IMG/VR virus record: IMGVR_UViG_3300025723_000054
Coordinates: 1 to 53,639 of that record
Length of the DNA: 53,639 nucleotides
Direction: 5' to 3' (one strand)
Source of the DNA: a virus
Taxonomy: Duplodnaviria; Caudoviricetes
Part shown: positions 28,621 through 39,426 of the stretch, one piece after another
How positions within the stretch are numbered: the stretch's first letter is position 1
How the letters are laid out: every line of letters starts with the position of its first letter
Notes under the pieces: model-generated
The model's database searches: none
Seen by the model: the letters and a program-made list of their open reading frames with translations, nothing else
Told to the model about the DNA's origin: nothing
Translations under genes and position numbers: made by a program

Positions 28621-29179
28621 TTTATTAAAAGATAAGACAACCGTTGGTGTCATTATTTGTCGTATGCAGGTTCCGTATTTGACTGAATCTCATAAAGCTA
28701 CTATTAATACTGTGCTAGATAGGCATGATAGAGTCGTTATATTTCTAGGAGTTAGTAATACACCTATTTCAATTAAGAATCCTTATACATTCTATTTTAG
28801 AAAACAGATGATTGCTGGCACGTTTGCTGACCAATTATCCGAAGGTGGTATTGAGTTAAATATTGTTCCATTACCTGACATGCCAGACGATAACGCCGCA
28901 TGGGTTAAACAACTAGATAATTTAGTTGGTTGTTTTTTATCATTAAATGAAACCGCAAGACTTTATGGTGGCCGTGATAGTTTTATACCTTATTATGTAA
29001 AAGATAAGGGTAAATTTGAGTGTACTGAGTTGGCACCAAGAGATTATGATTCAGGTACTGAATTACGACAAATGGAAGCTATTAAACAGCCTGTATATTC
29101 TCGTGAAACAGCGCAAGCAATCCTTTGGAGTATTAATCAATTAATACCTAAAAATAATGGAGTTAACAACAATTCTTAA
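28613..29179 (+). CDS. NadM-like NMN adenylyltransferase
   Basis: RMQVPYLTESH (degenerate HxGH), KNP...R..MI and SGTELR motifs. Confidence 0.7.
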   Translation: MSNLLKDKTTVGVIICRMQVPYLTESHKATINTVLDRHDRVVIFLGVSNTPISIKNPYTFYFRKQMIAGTFADQLSEGGIELNIVPLPDMPDDNAAWVKQLDNLVGCFLSLNETARLYGGRDSFIPYYVKDKGKFECTELAPRDYDSGTELRQMEAIKQPVYSRETAQAILWSINQLIPKNNGVNNNS

Positions 29180-30368
29180 AAGATATACTAATTTAGGGTA
29201 TGTTGTAAAGGGTCTTGATAGGGATTTAGAAGTTGATTCAATCATTAAATGGATATATGATGAGTTCAACATCTATATAGGTGTTCAATATTGTGACACA
29301 AAACTTAATGATTTAAGAAGCTATAAGAAATTCTCAGCTTATTCACTTTGGAATGTTGGTGAAGAATATAGTAATCGAAGTTATTCTGAACGTAATGGCT
29401 GGTATTCAAATCCTTATGACGCAAAGTATCATCACATTTGTTATTTTTGTAGGGTGTTAAGGTTCCAATTTTTTGGTGGTAAAGTAAAAAATCAATATAA
29501 AAGATTTAGATAATGAAGAAATTTAAAATAAGTTACCTAGATGATGGTAAAGGTGGTTCAGGTTTTTGGGATGGTCCATATTCTAAAATTGAGTTAATTG
29601 AAAATAAGTATGACCCTCAATTGACGGACGTTAAAGTTTATGTTTTGGACGAAGATAATGATGATAATGAAATTGTTTCATTTGAATTATTCGGTTATAA
29701 GATTGAAGCAATCGACTATGATGTTGATGAAGATGACGATGAAGATGACGATACTGTAGAGGTAAAATCTAAGTCATGGTATGATATATTTTCAATTGAT
29801 TACTTCGATTTGGCTGTTGGAATACTTATCGGTTATTTTATATTCCATCACTAAAATAAATTTGGTGGGGTTAAATAAATCATATATATTTGCAGTATAA
29901 ATAATTTAAACATGGAAAATAAGTACGTTAAGTCAACTGATGTTAGTGTAATTACAGTTAGAGAAAAAAGTGTTGCTGATATTGAGTATCATCTATTAAA
30001 ACCTGAAAAAAAGAATTTTTGGGGTACAGTTATACAAAAGTATCAGCCAGAAGGGTATCGTTTAATTGGTTGGGGTACAACAGGAGATTTTTACACTAAG
30101 AGTCCGTATGAGTTCGCTATAGAATTTAATAAACGGACTCAACGAAACATTACATACGTTGATGGTGTGTTTTATTACCTACCATCAGTAATCATTTCAT
30201 ATAGACCTGATAAGTATCCAGATACCTACTATTTCGATTCTTATGATGAAGCAGTAAAGTTTGCTGAACGTTTAGCTGGATTATGCAATTTAATTGCAAT
30301 CTTCGAAAAATAATTTTGGTTAATTCGAGAATATTCAGTATATTTGCAACATAAATTAAACTCTTAAT

Positions 30369-30656
30369 ATGAAGAAATTATTCCCGTTGTTACTATTAAT
30401 CTTGTTAGTAACAAGTTGCGCACAAGACAAGACGATTAATGGTGTTACTTATCGCCCTTATGGGTTACTTAATGAGGGGTCATGTAAAAATGATTCAATT
30501 TATTATGAAGTAAGTGGTCCAGCTGTATTCTCAGGTGTTGTTTTCTCTGAGTTGTTCTTTATACCAACAGTTTATACATTTGGTTACAATTTGTATGAGC
30601 CTAAGAGTACAATGCAAGAGCATAAATACAGCCCAGATAAGGGTGTTAAAAATTAA
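30369..30656 (+). CDS. putative lipoprotein
   Basis: MKKLFPLLLLILLVTSC signal. Confidence 0.65.
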   Translation: MKKLFPLLLLILLVTSCAQDKTINGVTYRPYGLLNEGSCKNDSIYYEVSGPAVFSGVVFSELFFIPTVYTFGYNLYEPKSTMQEHKYSPDKGVKN

Positions 30657-30734
30657 ATTTGGTGAATTAAATAATGGGTTGTATATTTGCAATGTGAATA
30701 GCAATCAATCGCAATTAGTTCATTGAAATATATG

Positions 30735-31150
30735 TTCTGCCCTTCGGAAACTTAGGGGTGAAAGTCTTGGAAAAGAGGTTAGTTCACTCGATAAAAGAGG
30801 TCTTAATCTTGCAGCTTCCATCAGAACATATTCTTGATTGTAAAGCAAACAAATGTACATCTAGTCTTAGAAAAGTTGGCAGTAGTACACTGCCCTGCGT
30901 AGCAGTCAAGAAATTTACCTTTGCTTCTACAAGCAACACATTTGAACCACTATTAGGGCCAGTAAGGTCTGGCATGGAGTGTAAGGCTTAGCGGCTAAAC
31001 ACATTCAAAACCAATTAGACTTGGTATGTCTATCTTTTGTGAACTTGTAGAGAAATAACTAATCAGCTCCCTTGGAAGGAGTTAATACTGGAAAACCCAG
31101 TACGTAGGCCACGTTAAGATAAGCGTTAAGCAAGTTATTTAAAGCAAAGG
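30735..31150 (+). ncRNA. putative large structured ncRNA, about 400 nt
   Basis: Follows promoter (30682) and boxA-like site; higher GC than flanks; hairpins GGCAGT/ACTGCC and TACTGG/CCAGTA; precedes tRNA-like genes. Confidence 0.5.
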
Positions 31151-31155
31151 TTTAT

Positions 31156-31239
31156 GGGGAATTAGCTCAGTTGGTAGAGCACTTGGCCAAGGCGAAAGCC
31201 GCAACCGAATGGTCGGAGGTTCGAACCCTTCATTCCCCA
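31156..31239 (+). ncRNA. tRNA-like RNA with a GNRA hairpin in the anticodon loop
   Basis: GGGGAAT/ATTCCCC; canonical D and T arms; TTGG-CCAA-[GGC-GAAA-GCC]-GCAA-CCGA. Confidence 0.75.
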
Positions 31240-31307
31240 CTAAGAATGTTCCTATCAAAGGGCGATAGGCTAAGCAGGTGGGCTGCACTTGGCATTCTTT
31301 TCTTTAT

Positions 31308-31399
31308 GGGGCGTATGGTGGTAACGGATTTGCCATAGACGCATTGCTGAAATAAGTTATGTAAGTCGCACAGTAAGGGTTCGATTCCCTAACGCTCCA
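31308..31399 (+). ncRNA. 92-nt RNA resembling a tmRNA tRNA-like domain
   Basis: GGGGCGT/ACGCTCC-A with G3:U70; AGGG-TTCGATT-CCCT; no canonical anticodon arm and no room for a tag ORF. Confidence 0.6.
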
Positions 31400-32186
31400 C
31401 TTAATGATTAATAAGTTATAATCCTTGTGGTGTAAAAAACACGCATGAGTTGCAAGTAGAAACCTTGTCAAGGATGCCAAAGTGAACTTATGGACTTGAA
31501 ATGTCTAATCATTTTGTTGGGATATGGTAGTACGTAAAGGTGAAGCGTATAATTTGAAAAGATTAACGGGATGGACCGAAAGTTACCTAAGTCCCAACTT
31601 TATTTTAAAATGGAAAAGTTAAACTTATATGAAATATTGGTACCAACGCAAACTAACGAAGGAAAACCTATTAAGACTAGGTTTCATAAAGTTTGGGATG
31701 CAAAGGTAAGAGCTATAACAGGCGGTTTAACTATAACACCACCAGTTAAGGGTCAATGGGTATCAATAGATGGGGAATTATTCAATGAAAGAATGATACC
31801 AGTAAGGATAGCGTGTACAGAAGTTCAAATTGATAAAATTGCTGATATTACAGCTAAGTATTACAGTCAGAAAGCTGTATTTTATTATCTCATTTCAACA
31901 ACAGTTATAATCAAAAAATATTAAAAATGCATACAGAAGGACAAAAGGTAATTGCGATTAACAACAAGCCATTAGCTGGCAGAAGTGTTGCACCAAAATT
32001 GGAAATTGATAAGGAATATGAAATCCTTAGCATAGTATTGGACTCTAAGGGTAATCAACACTTAAATGTTGGTTTAAAGTCTGAGTTAAATTATGTAACA
32101 AGTTTTGAAACTGGTGAGGAATTACCAGACGGTGATAAGATTCACTGGTGCCACCCATCACGTTTTAAATTAGTTGAAGTTGCCTA

Positions 32187-32540
32187 ATGGTCAAGGTGAT
32201 TGTTGCAGGTGGTCGTGATTTTCAAGATTATCCATTACTTAAGGCTAAACTTGATAAAATACTTCACGATGTTAATGATTCAATTGAAATAGTATGTGGC
32301 GAAGCTAATGGTGCTGATACACTCGGTAAACAATATGCTATTGAAAATCATTATCGAATCGCTTCGTTTCCAGCTAATTGGGATAAAAATGGTAAAGCGG
32401 CTGGGTTTATTAGGAACGAAGAAATGGCTAAATATGCAACTCATTGTGTGTGCTTTTGGGATAAAAAATCAAAAGGTACTAAGCATATGATTGATTTAGC
32501 TAATCAATACAAGTTGAAATTAAGAGTAATAAATTATTAG
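32187..32540 (+). CDS. SLOG-family protein (DUF2493/YspA-like)
   Basis: VAGGRDF, GEANGAD, AGFIRNEEM and SKGTKHMI motifs. Confidence 0.85.
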   Translation: MVKVIVAGGRDFQDYPLLKAKLDKILHDVNDSIEIVCGEANGADTLGKQYAIENHYRIASFPANWDKNGKAAGFIRNEEMAKYATHCVCFWDKKSKGTKHMIDLANQYKLKLRVINY

Positions 32541-32775
32541 ATTGAAGACATGGGTGAGAAGTAAGCCCCATATTGCTACGGCGATTAGTTAAGTTAAACT
32601 TTAACGTCAATCTTTAGAATCAGTAAATGGGTTAACCTCGACTAGAAATTAGTAATAAAACGTTGTGTATTACTAAAGGTAAAAGCCGATTAGATTTAGT
32701 AGCAAACTTTTGTATATCGGTACTGATTCTTTTTTTTTCTTGTTTTGCTGGATATTTATATAAAAAGTAAATACT

Positions 32776-33012
32776 ATGGCAAACATTAAATTCGACTGGT
32801 CTGGATATTGGAGTCCAACACCTAAAAACATTAGAAAAGCCGCAGATGCTTTATTAGCTGGTGCTATGACTGTTTCAACATTTACATTCTTAAATGATTA
32901 TAAAACAGTATCTATCGCAGTATTAATAGTAGCAGGTGTCGCTAAGTTCTTATCCAACTTCTTTACGGATGGTACTGATAGTACTACTCCTCCTACAACA
33001 GGAACTAATTAA
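32776..33012 (+). CDS. putative holin
   Basis: 78 aa with two hydrophobic segments; ATATTTATA motif upstream; near the endolysin. Confidence 0.55.
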   Translation: MANIKFDWSGYWSPTPKNIRKAADALLAGAMTVSTFTFLNDYKTVSIAVLIVAGVAKFLSNFFTDGTDSTTPPTTGTN

Positions 33013-33014
33013 TT

Positions 33015-33042
33015 AAAAAACCCACATTATGTGGGTTTTTTT
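33015..33042. terminator. bidirectional intrinsic terminator
   Basis: AAAAAA-CCCACA-TTA-TGTGGG-TTTTTTT. Confidence 0.8.
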
Positions 33043-33673
33043 ATTTGCATTATTGAAATAAATGTCGTATATTTGCTACATGAGTAAGTTATACGGTTTT
33101 TTAAATATCATTATAATAATTTTTGAGATTGTCCTATTAGGATATTTCTCAGATTTGTTATATGCTGATTGGGATAAAAATCCTTTAACTAGAGATTATT
33201 TTTCATTACTTATAATTGGTGAAATAGGGCTAGAATTGTATCTTAGGGTCAAAAATAAGACCAAAAACTTAAACTAAAAATAAAAATATGAGTATTATCG
33301 GAAAAGATGAAAGGGTAATTGATGTATTAACATCTATGTTAGCTGACAAGACTATAACAGTGGATTATGTTAGATTCCTTCTTGACGAAAGGAAAATAAT
33401 CCTTGAAGAATTTGTTGAAATCACTAAAACTAACTAAATGAAGAAAGCTATTAAATTAATCGTTGCTAGGATAATGAAAGCTAGGTATCTTACCTTAATC
33501 TTATCTACTTATTGTATCTTAGTTGCAATAGCATTAGCTATCCGTACTGAACGTGAAATAGATTTAAATTTATTTACACTTGAGGCGGTTCTAAGTATTG
33601 TATTAACTTTGATATTTTCAGTATCAATTGGTGAGTTAATCGGTAGATTAATGGATGCTTATAAAAAGCAAAT

Positions 33674-34201
33674 TTAAGCGGTAAAACTGATAGAATTAAG
33701 TCTATTAGTCCAACCATGTTCAAATACTTTTTGGCTTGGATTAGCAGCTATAATTCCAGCATATCTAGCAGCTCTTTTTTGGTATAACTTAGTAAATAAG
33801 TCTTTAGCGTCAGCGTGATTAACAGCATCGAGAGTTTTTGGACCAAATTGACCATCAACGGTTAAACCTAATATTTGTTGAACGTATTTAACTATTAATA
33901 TACGACCCATATTGTATGCTCCATCAACTATAAATTCGGCTAGTGATTGATTATTGATTGTATCAGCTTTAAAGAAATCCCAATATAATTTTTTTGCAAT
34001 CTTAAAAGCATCTGGTTCAGTTAGGTCTCTAACATCTTTCCAGTCAATAACGCCGTCATGATTTTCATCGAGGTTATATTCATGTAAATCATCAGTAATT
34101 AATCCGAATTTAGTTGCACCAGCGGTGTCTTTTGGGTTGTTTTCAAATACAACACCTTCTGCTTTTTTAAGTTTTTCCCAATAAGGTTGAAAATTTGCCA
34201 T
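33674..34201 (-). CDS. endolysin, glycoside hydrolase family 108 with peptidoglycan-binding domain
   Basis: EG...NPKDTAGATKFGL, VDGQFGPKT and F.HGW.NR motifs. Confidence 0.85.
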   Translation of the reverse strand: MANFQPYWEKLKKAEGVVFENNPKDTAGATKFGLITDDLHEYNLDENHDGVIDWKDVRDLTEPDAFKIAKKLYWDFFKADTINNQSLAEFIVDGAYNMGRILIVKYVQQILGLTVDGQFGPKTLDAVNHADAKDLFTKLYQKRAARYAGIIAANPSQKVFEHGWTNRLNSISFTA

Positions 34202-34242
34202 AGTAACTATTTTATAATAAATATTAATGAAGTAATAAAAAA

Positions 34243-34653
34243 TTACTTTCTAAGTATTTTGTTATAGAATAAATCAAAGGCTAAATTTCTAAAAATTGAT
34301 AATGCAATAAATAATATTGCAATATAGATTAAGTTAAACGGTAAACCAAGGGTTGATAGAATTGCTAAGATATTAAAGCCTTCCCTAATTAATTTACTAA
34401 TATGCCAAGCATCGGAAAATGCATCTGGCGTATTTATCTTCAACCCTAAAAAGTTAAATGTTTTATGACCTTTTGTTGAATCGTTGTCAATGTATTTATT
34501 TGTCCAACTGACAGCTGGGTTCCAGAATACAGGGTTTAATTTTGAAAAGATGCTAATTGAAAAATGGTCTTTTAATGTGTCCATAACAGCATCTAATATT
34601 CCACTACATGAGTAAAATATGATTGGTAAAATTAAGTAAATTAAGGTTGACAT
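34243..34653 (-). CDS. membrane protein next to the endolysin
   Basis: Hydrophobic termini; SWTNKY and DAWH motifs; ATATTTATA motif upstream on the - strand. Confidence 0.65.
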   Translation of the reverse strand: MSTLIYLILPIIFYSCSGILDAVMDTLKDHFSISIFSKLNPVFWNPAVSWTNKYIDNDSTKGHKTFNFLGLKINTPDAFSDAWHISKLIREGFNILAILSTLGLPFNLIYIAILFIALSIFRNLAFDLFYNKILRK

Positions 34654-34670
34654 AAGTTTTTATTATAAAT

Positions 34671-35283
34671 ATTTGTTTATTCGAGAATCTTTATGTATAT
34701 TTGTTCAAAAATAATTTATGATAGTTTCAAGAATTAATGCAGTTTATTATAATGACCCAGAAGATGGTTATGTATATGCTATTCTTAGTAATGATATAGA
34801 TGCTAATGTATTTGTTAAGGAATTAAATGATGGAATTGAACGATATAATAAAGATATTGAAGACTTTGAAAAAAAAACGTTCAGAATTAATACGTGAAAA
34901 TGGGGGTAATTTAAGACTAGTTGAGGTTTGTGGTGAAGATTATCTTGGGCCAGAACATCGACCTAAATTTCCACAACAAATACCTAAAGGTTTTAAAACT
35001 ATTCAAGAAGCATATCCTGAGATACATGCACAACGGTTACATTATGTGGCACATAATGAAAAATTAGAAAAAATCTATAGTACGCATAGAGAAAATGTTC
35101 ACCAAACTGTAAATAAACTTTTACAGGATGACATAAAACGTATTCGTGAAACACATCCAAATTATAAGATGTTTTTTAGTGATTATAGTTATTTTAATAA
35201 GATTTATTATACTTTTGAATTAACAAATTTTAAATTCTTGAGTAAATAAGATTTGTTTATTTGAGAATCTTTATGTATATTTG
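34671..35283 (+). repeat. 33-bp direct repeat of a promoter (34671-34703 and 35251-35283)
   Basis: ATTTGTTTATTYGAGAATCTTTATGTATATTTG, 32 of 33 identical. Confidence 0.85.
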
Positions 35284-37156
35284 CAAAAAATAAATTTATG
35301 TATTTCCCAACAGTAAACCCAGTTCCATTCATGTATCGCAATAGATACGGTGGGCTTCCAAGCGGTGGTGGAAGAAGGAATGATGACGATAATGATAAGA
35401 TACCAACTTGGTTCTGGATTATTGTTGGCATTGCAACAATCTTTTCTTGGGTTTTTTTAACTTTTTATAAATATTAACATGCAGAAGAGCGCAAATTGTT
35501 CATACAAACGTAACGGTGAAACTATTCCAAAGAAGAAATTCTTGAAGGTTGATGAGGCCGTTGCTGCTGCTGATTCTCAGAACAAGAAGGTTTCCAACAT
35601 ACACTTATTTACAGCATACAAATGTACAACTTGTTTTTTTTTCCATATTGGTAAATCACATAAGTTGAACCCAAATAATAATCTACATGAGCAAAAAAAC
35701 ACTAGTAATACACCCAGCTGATGAAACTACCAATATGTTATCAGTAATATATGCTGGTAAAGATTGGACTGTTATAACTGAGGATGTATCTTGGCAAGAA
35801 ATTGAAAAACAACTTTGGGCCCATGATAGAATTATCATGCTTGGACATGGTGATAAGAATGGGTTATTTGGTCATGGTCATTATATGATTGGAACCAATC
35901 AAGCTGAAATATTAGCTCATAAAGAATGTATATTTGTTTGGTGTTATGCTAATGAATATGTAATGAAGCATGGGCTAAAAGGATTCTATACTGGTATGAT
36001 AATATCAGAACATCAAGAAGCTAGATATTGCGCCGTAAAAAACTTTACCGCTAAAGACATTGATGAATCAAATGAAATATTCAGTGATGCCGTAAAGCAA
36101 GCGATTGATGTTGAAGATAAGGTTAGCCTTATCAAGGAATTATATGTTCCTAAAGATAACCCAATTATGATGTTTAACGCTGTAAATATATTTCAACGAT
36201 GAAAAAAGTAATAGCTGTTGTTCTATTGGTAACGTTATTCTCTTGCGATGATAGACCCTATTCAAGGAATAGGTCATTTTGCAATGATTTAGAAAGACAA
36301 AGAGATAATGTAATAATTAATCTAGGTAATCCAAATACGCCTGTAGCTGCGCTTATTGTTGCAGAAACTGATAGTATGTATCTTAGATGTGGTTGTGACA
36401 CTGTAAAATAATTTATATGGACGATATTAAAAACGCTAAGCATTTTCAAGAGCTAACATTCGAGACTCTTAGTAAATATATTGAAAGTGAAGCTAAAAAG
36501 GGTAATTCAAAATGGTATATACCGAATGGTATGTCTATGGGGGAACAGATGGCTGATGTGCTAAGAGAAAAAGGGTTTGCTGTATATATCGGTAACAATA
36601 TATCCAGTATTAGTTGGTAATCTAAGTAAAAATAGAAAATGATGAAAAAATTACATGAGTGGTTATTAAAAGATGAAAATTTTGGTTATTTATATCCACT
36701 TCCCCTTATTACGTTTATGATTTGTGTATTAATAGCGTCAAAAATATATATATCTACTTATTTGATGATTTATTTAATGATAGCTTCATTAATACCATCT
36801 TTATTTTATGTCTATTATTTAAAACAAAAATCTAAACCTCTAGGATTAGATACTAGGCTTTTAAAGAAGATGCGAGAAAATTGGACAATTATTAAGTACA
36901 ATGACCCCTTAGCATTTACTGGACCTAACGATATATATCGTGCATTATATAGAGGTAAGTTAATCAAATGCGCATGGGATTTAGATAAATCTCAAGTATT
37001 ACTTTTAATTGCTTATGCCTCAAAATATGGTAATAATAGCATATTTGATAGTACGTATAGTACACCTATTGAAAATGTTAAAGCTTACAGGTATGAACGA
37101 AAAAAAGAGCGACAAGAAAAAAGAAGACAACATTTAATTAAAACACTTAAACCAGT

Positions 37157-37717
37157 ATGGCCGTAGAACAAAAAATAGATGAATTTTTAAAACCTAATCA
37201 TGCGTTAGAACGCTTATTAAGGGAGTACAAAGAGTATGGTTATTTAGTAATTGCATACGATTTTGATAACACAATTTCACCGATGGGTGATAATACAGCG
37301 ACTTATAATCAAGTTATACAACTGATTAAGGACCTTAAGGCAAACATAAAGTGTAAGATGGTTTGTTGGACAGCTAATCCAAATCTTGATTACGTTGAGA
37401 AGTATTTAATTGCTAATAACATACCTTACAATGGTATTAATTGTGATGGCATTGAATTAAGCTATAATTCCAGAAAGCCAGCTTTTAGTGCTTTATTAGA
37501 TGATAGAGCTGGGTTAATTGAAGTCTATACATATTTGTCTGAGTTTTTAAAGATAATTATTGCCGAAAGAAAGGGTAGTTTAGGCTACTTTAGACTTAAA
37601 TCTGACCATACAGTACGTATTGAGGAATCTGAATACTGGAAATTGCCTTGGAATGAACAAAGAGTTTGGGAACAAGTAACAGTAATTAAAAAGTTCGATG
37701 TGGACGTGGAGGATTAA
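37157..37717 (+). CDS. HAD-superfamily protein
   Basis: AYDFDNT, WTA and KP....LLDDRAG motifs. Confidence 0.75.
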   Translation: MAVEQKIDEFLKPNHALERLLREYKEYGYLVIAYDFDNTISPMGDNTATYNQVIQLIKDLKANIKCKMVCWTANPNLDYVEKYLIANNIPYNGINCDGIELSYNSRKPAFSALLDDRAGLIEVYTYLSEFLKIIIAERKGSLGYFRLKSDHTVRIEESEYWKLPWNEQRVWEQVTVIKKFDVDVED

Positions 37718-37719
37718 CA

Positions 37720-38220
37720 ATGGGAACATATAAAGAAATAGAAGGTGACTTAATAAAACTAGCGAAAGAGGGAACTTTTGACGTAATATCTCATGGTTGT
37801 AATTCTTTTTGTACTATGGGTGCAGGTATTGCGCCTCAAATGGCTAAAGCATTTGGTTGTGATAAGTTCACTCTTGAGAGTCACTTTTATCGTGGCAATA
37901 TTAACAAGCTTGGTCAAATAGAATATGACTGGATTCATACGACAGCTGATGGTAAAGAATTACCTAAGCCATTGTATATTGTTAATTCTTACACTCAATA
38001 CCTATATGGTAAAAATCATGCTGATGGTGTTTCTAAGCCATTAGATTATGACGCTTTAACACTTTGTATGCGCAAGATAAATCATGTCTTTAAAGGTAAA
38101 CATATAGGATTACCAACCATTGGTGCTGGGCTTGCTGGCGGTGATTGGAATCGAATTAAGTCAATTATTCAAACGGAGTTGAAAGATTGTGATGTAACAG
38201 TTGTAATTTATAAAGCGTAA
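37720..38220 (+). CDS. macro domain protein (ADP-ribose processing)
   Basis: GDL, HGCNSFCTMGAGIA and PTIGAGLAGGDW motifs. Confidence 0.85.
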   Translation: MGTYKEIEGDLIKLAKEGTFDVISHGCNSFCTMGAGIAPQMAKAFGCDKFTLESHFYRGNINKLGQIEYDWIHTTADGKELPKPLYIVNSYTQYLYGKNHADGVSKPLDYDALTLCMRKINHVFKGKHIGLPTIGAGLAGGDWNRIKSIIQTELKDCDVTVVIYKA

Positions 38221-38850
38221 TGTGAAAAAGAAAAGGAAGCCTAGAGGTTGGAAACTAGATGGTACACGTTCTGAGGATATGTGTACTTGTTTAAGATTTC
38301 GTTGTGACCCTGACGGTATTAGTCCAAAGCTTAGAGCAAAGTTTGATAAGAGGATAGCTGAAGGAAAATGCCCGTCTTGTGGTAATAATCCTTGTAAATG
38401 TAAAAGTGGTTAAAAACAAAATTATGGCTGGAGATATTGAATGTGGTAATTGTGACGTTTGTAAAAAACAAAACGTTGTTGGTATTGAACGAACTTATTT
38501 TCGTTACGAGGAAATAAAATGTGAATGTCATGGTAATTGTCATTTTGAAATAGTTTATCATTGCCCAACATGTGTTCCTAAAGAACCAGTTGAAACTAAA
38601 CTAGTTATTCAAACTAGTAGGCTGCGTGAATTAGTAGTTAAAAAGATAATAAAAAATAATCAAGTGTTACTTTATGCTAAAAATCTATTATATATTTTTT
38701 TATCGTCAATTCATTTTAATAAGTTAAGTGATAATGACGTTAAAATAGGTAATTTATTATCTATTGATAAAGAAGTACGTGATTATCTTGATAAAAATCA
38801 AACACTATTAGATAATCCTTTTTTACATAATATAAAATCTGATTCGGAGA

Positions 38851-39426
38851 ATGATTAATGAGTTAGAATCAGTTAATGATAAACAAATTGTTTTATCTAA
38901 TGATATTACGCTTAAAGATATGTTTTCACATTTAGTTCTAAACATATTACCGTTTGAAGAGGCTAATATTGTATTAGCTGATACTGCGGAAAAGATATTG
39001 GATTTATGTGAAATTGATTTACCAGATGATGAAAGAGCTAAAGATGCCTTTCAAGCTATTAAGGAATACAATGAAGGTAAATTATTACCACATGAATTAT
39101 ACTTTAGGCGTAATGGTGTTGCTTATGCCGCTGAAGATTATCACGATGAAACTGGTAAAGATAGCAGACCATTATTAGCAATTACAGCTTTGGCTACAAG
39201 TATAACCCTTTATAATTCAAATATAAAGAATGGTTACGACAATGAAAAAGCTATTGAATCGGCTAAGAGTCCAATGAAGGTAACAATCGACCACCTCTTT
39301 AAAATTATCAATACCGAAGGTAATGAGGCATATAAGTTAACAGTTGAAAAACACATAATAAATTTGGGTATAGAAAAGAAACTACCCTCAGTAAATAAAT
39401 TTTTAGAAAATGGTAACAACGAATAA
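38851..39426 (+). CDS. Imm5-like domain protein
   Basis: ADTAEKIL...DERAKDA..A...Y..G pattern. Confidence 0.45.
   Translation: MINELESVNDKQIVLSNDITLKDMFSHLVLNILPFEEANIVLADTAEKILDLCEIDLPDDERAKDAFQAIKEYNEGKLLPHELYFRRNGVAYAAEDYHDETGKDSRPLLAITALATSITLYNSNIKNGYDNEKAIESAKSPMKVTIDHLFKIINTEGNEAYKLTVEKHIINLGIEKKLPSVNKFLENGNNE

Larger units (their letters stand above)
1360..34672. promoter_or_regulatory. dispersed second promoter class ATATTTATW, probably phage late
   Basis: + strand at 1360, 3295, 5438, 6300, 8542, 10756, 32752; - strand at 34216-34224 and 34664-34672; each lies 5-40 nt before a start codon. Confidence 0.7.

Noticed and set aside
30758-30991. Overlapping 77 aa (+) and 63 aa (-) ORFs
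   Set aside because: Atypical composition, no A-rich initiation context, and they lie in a hairpin-rich block better explained as ncRNA.
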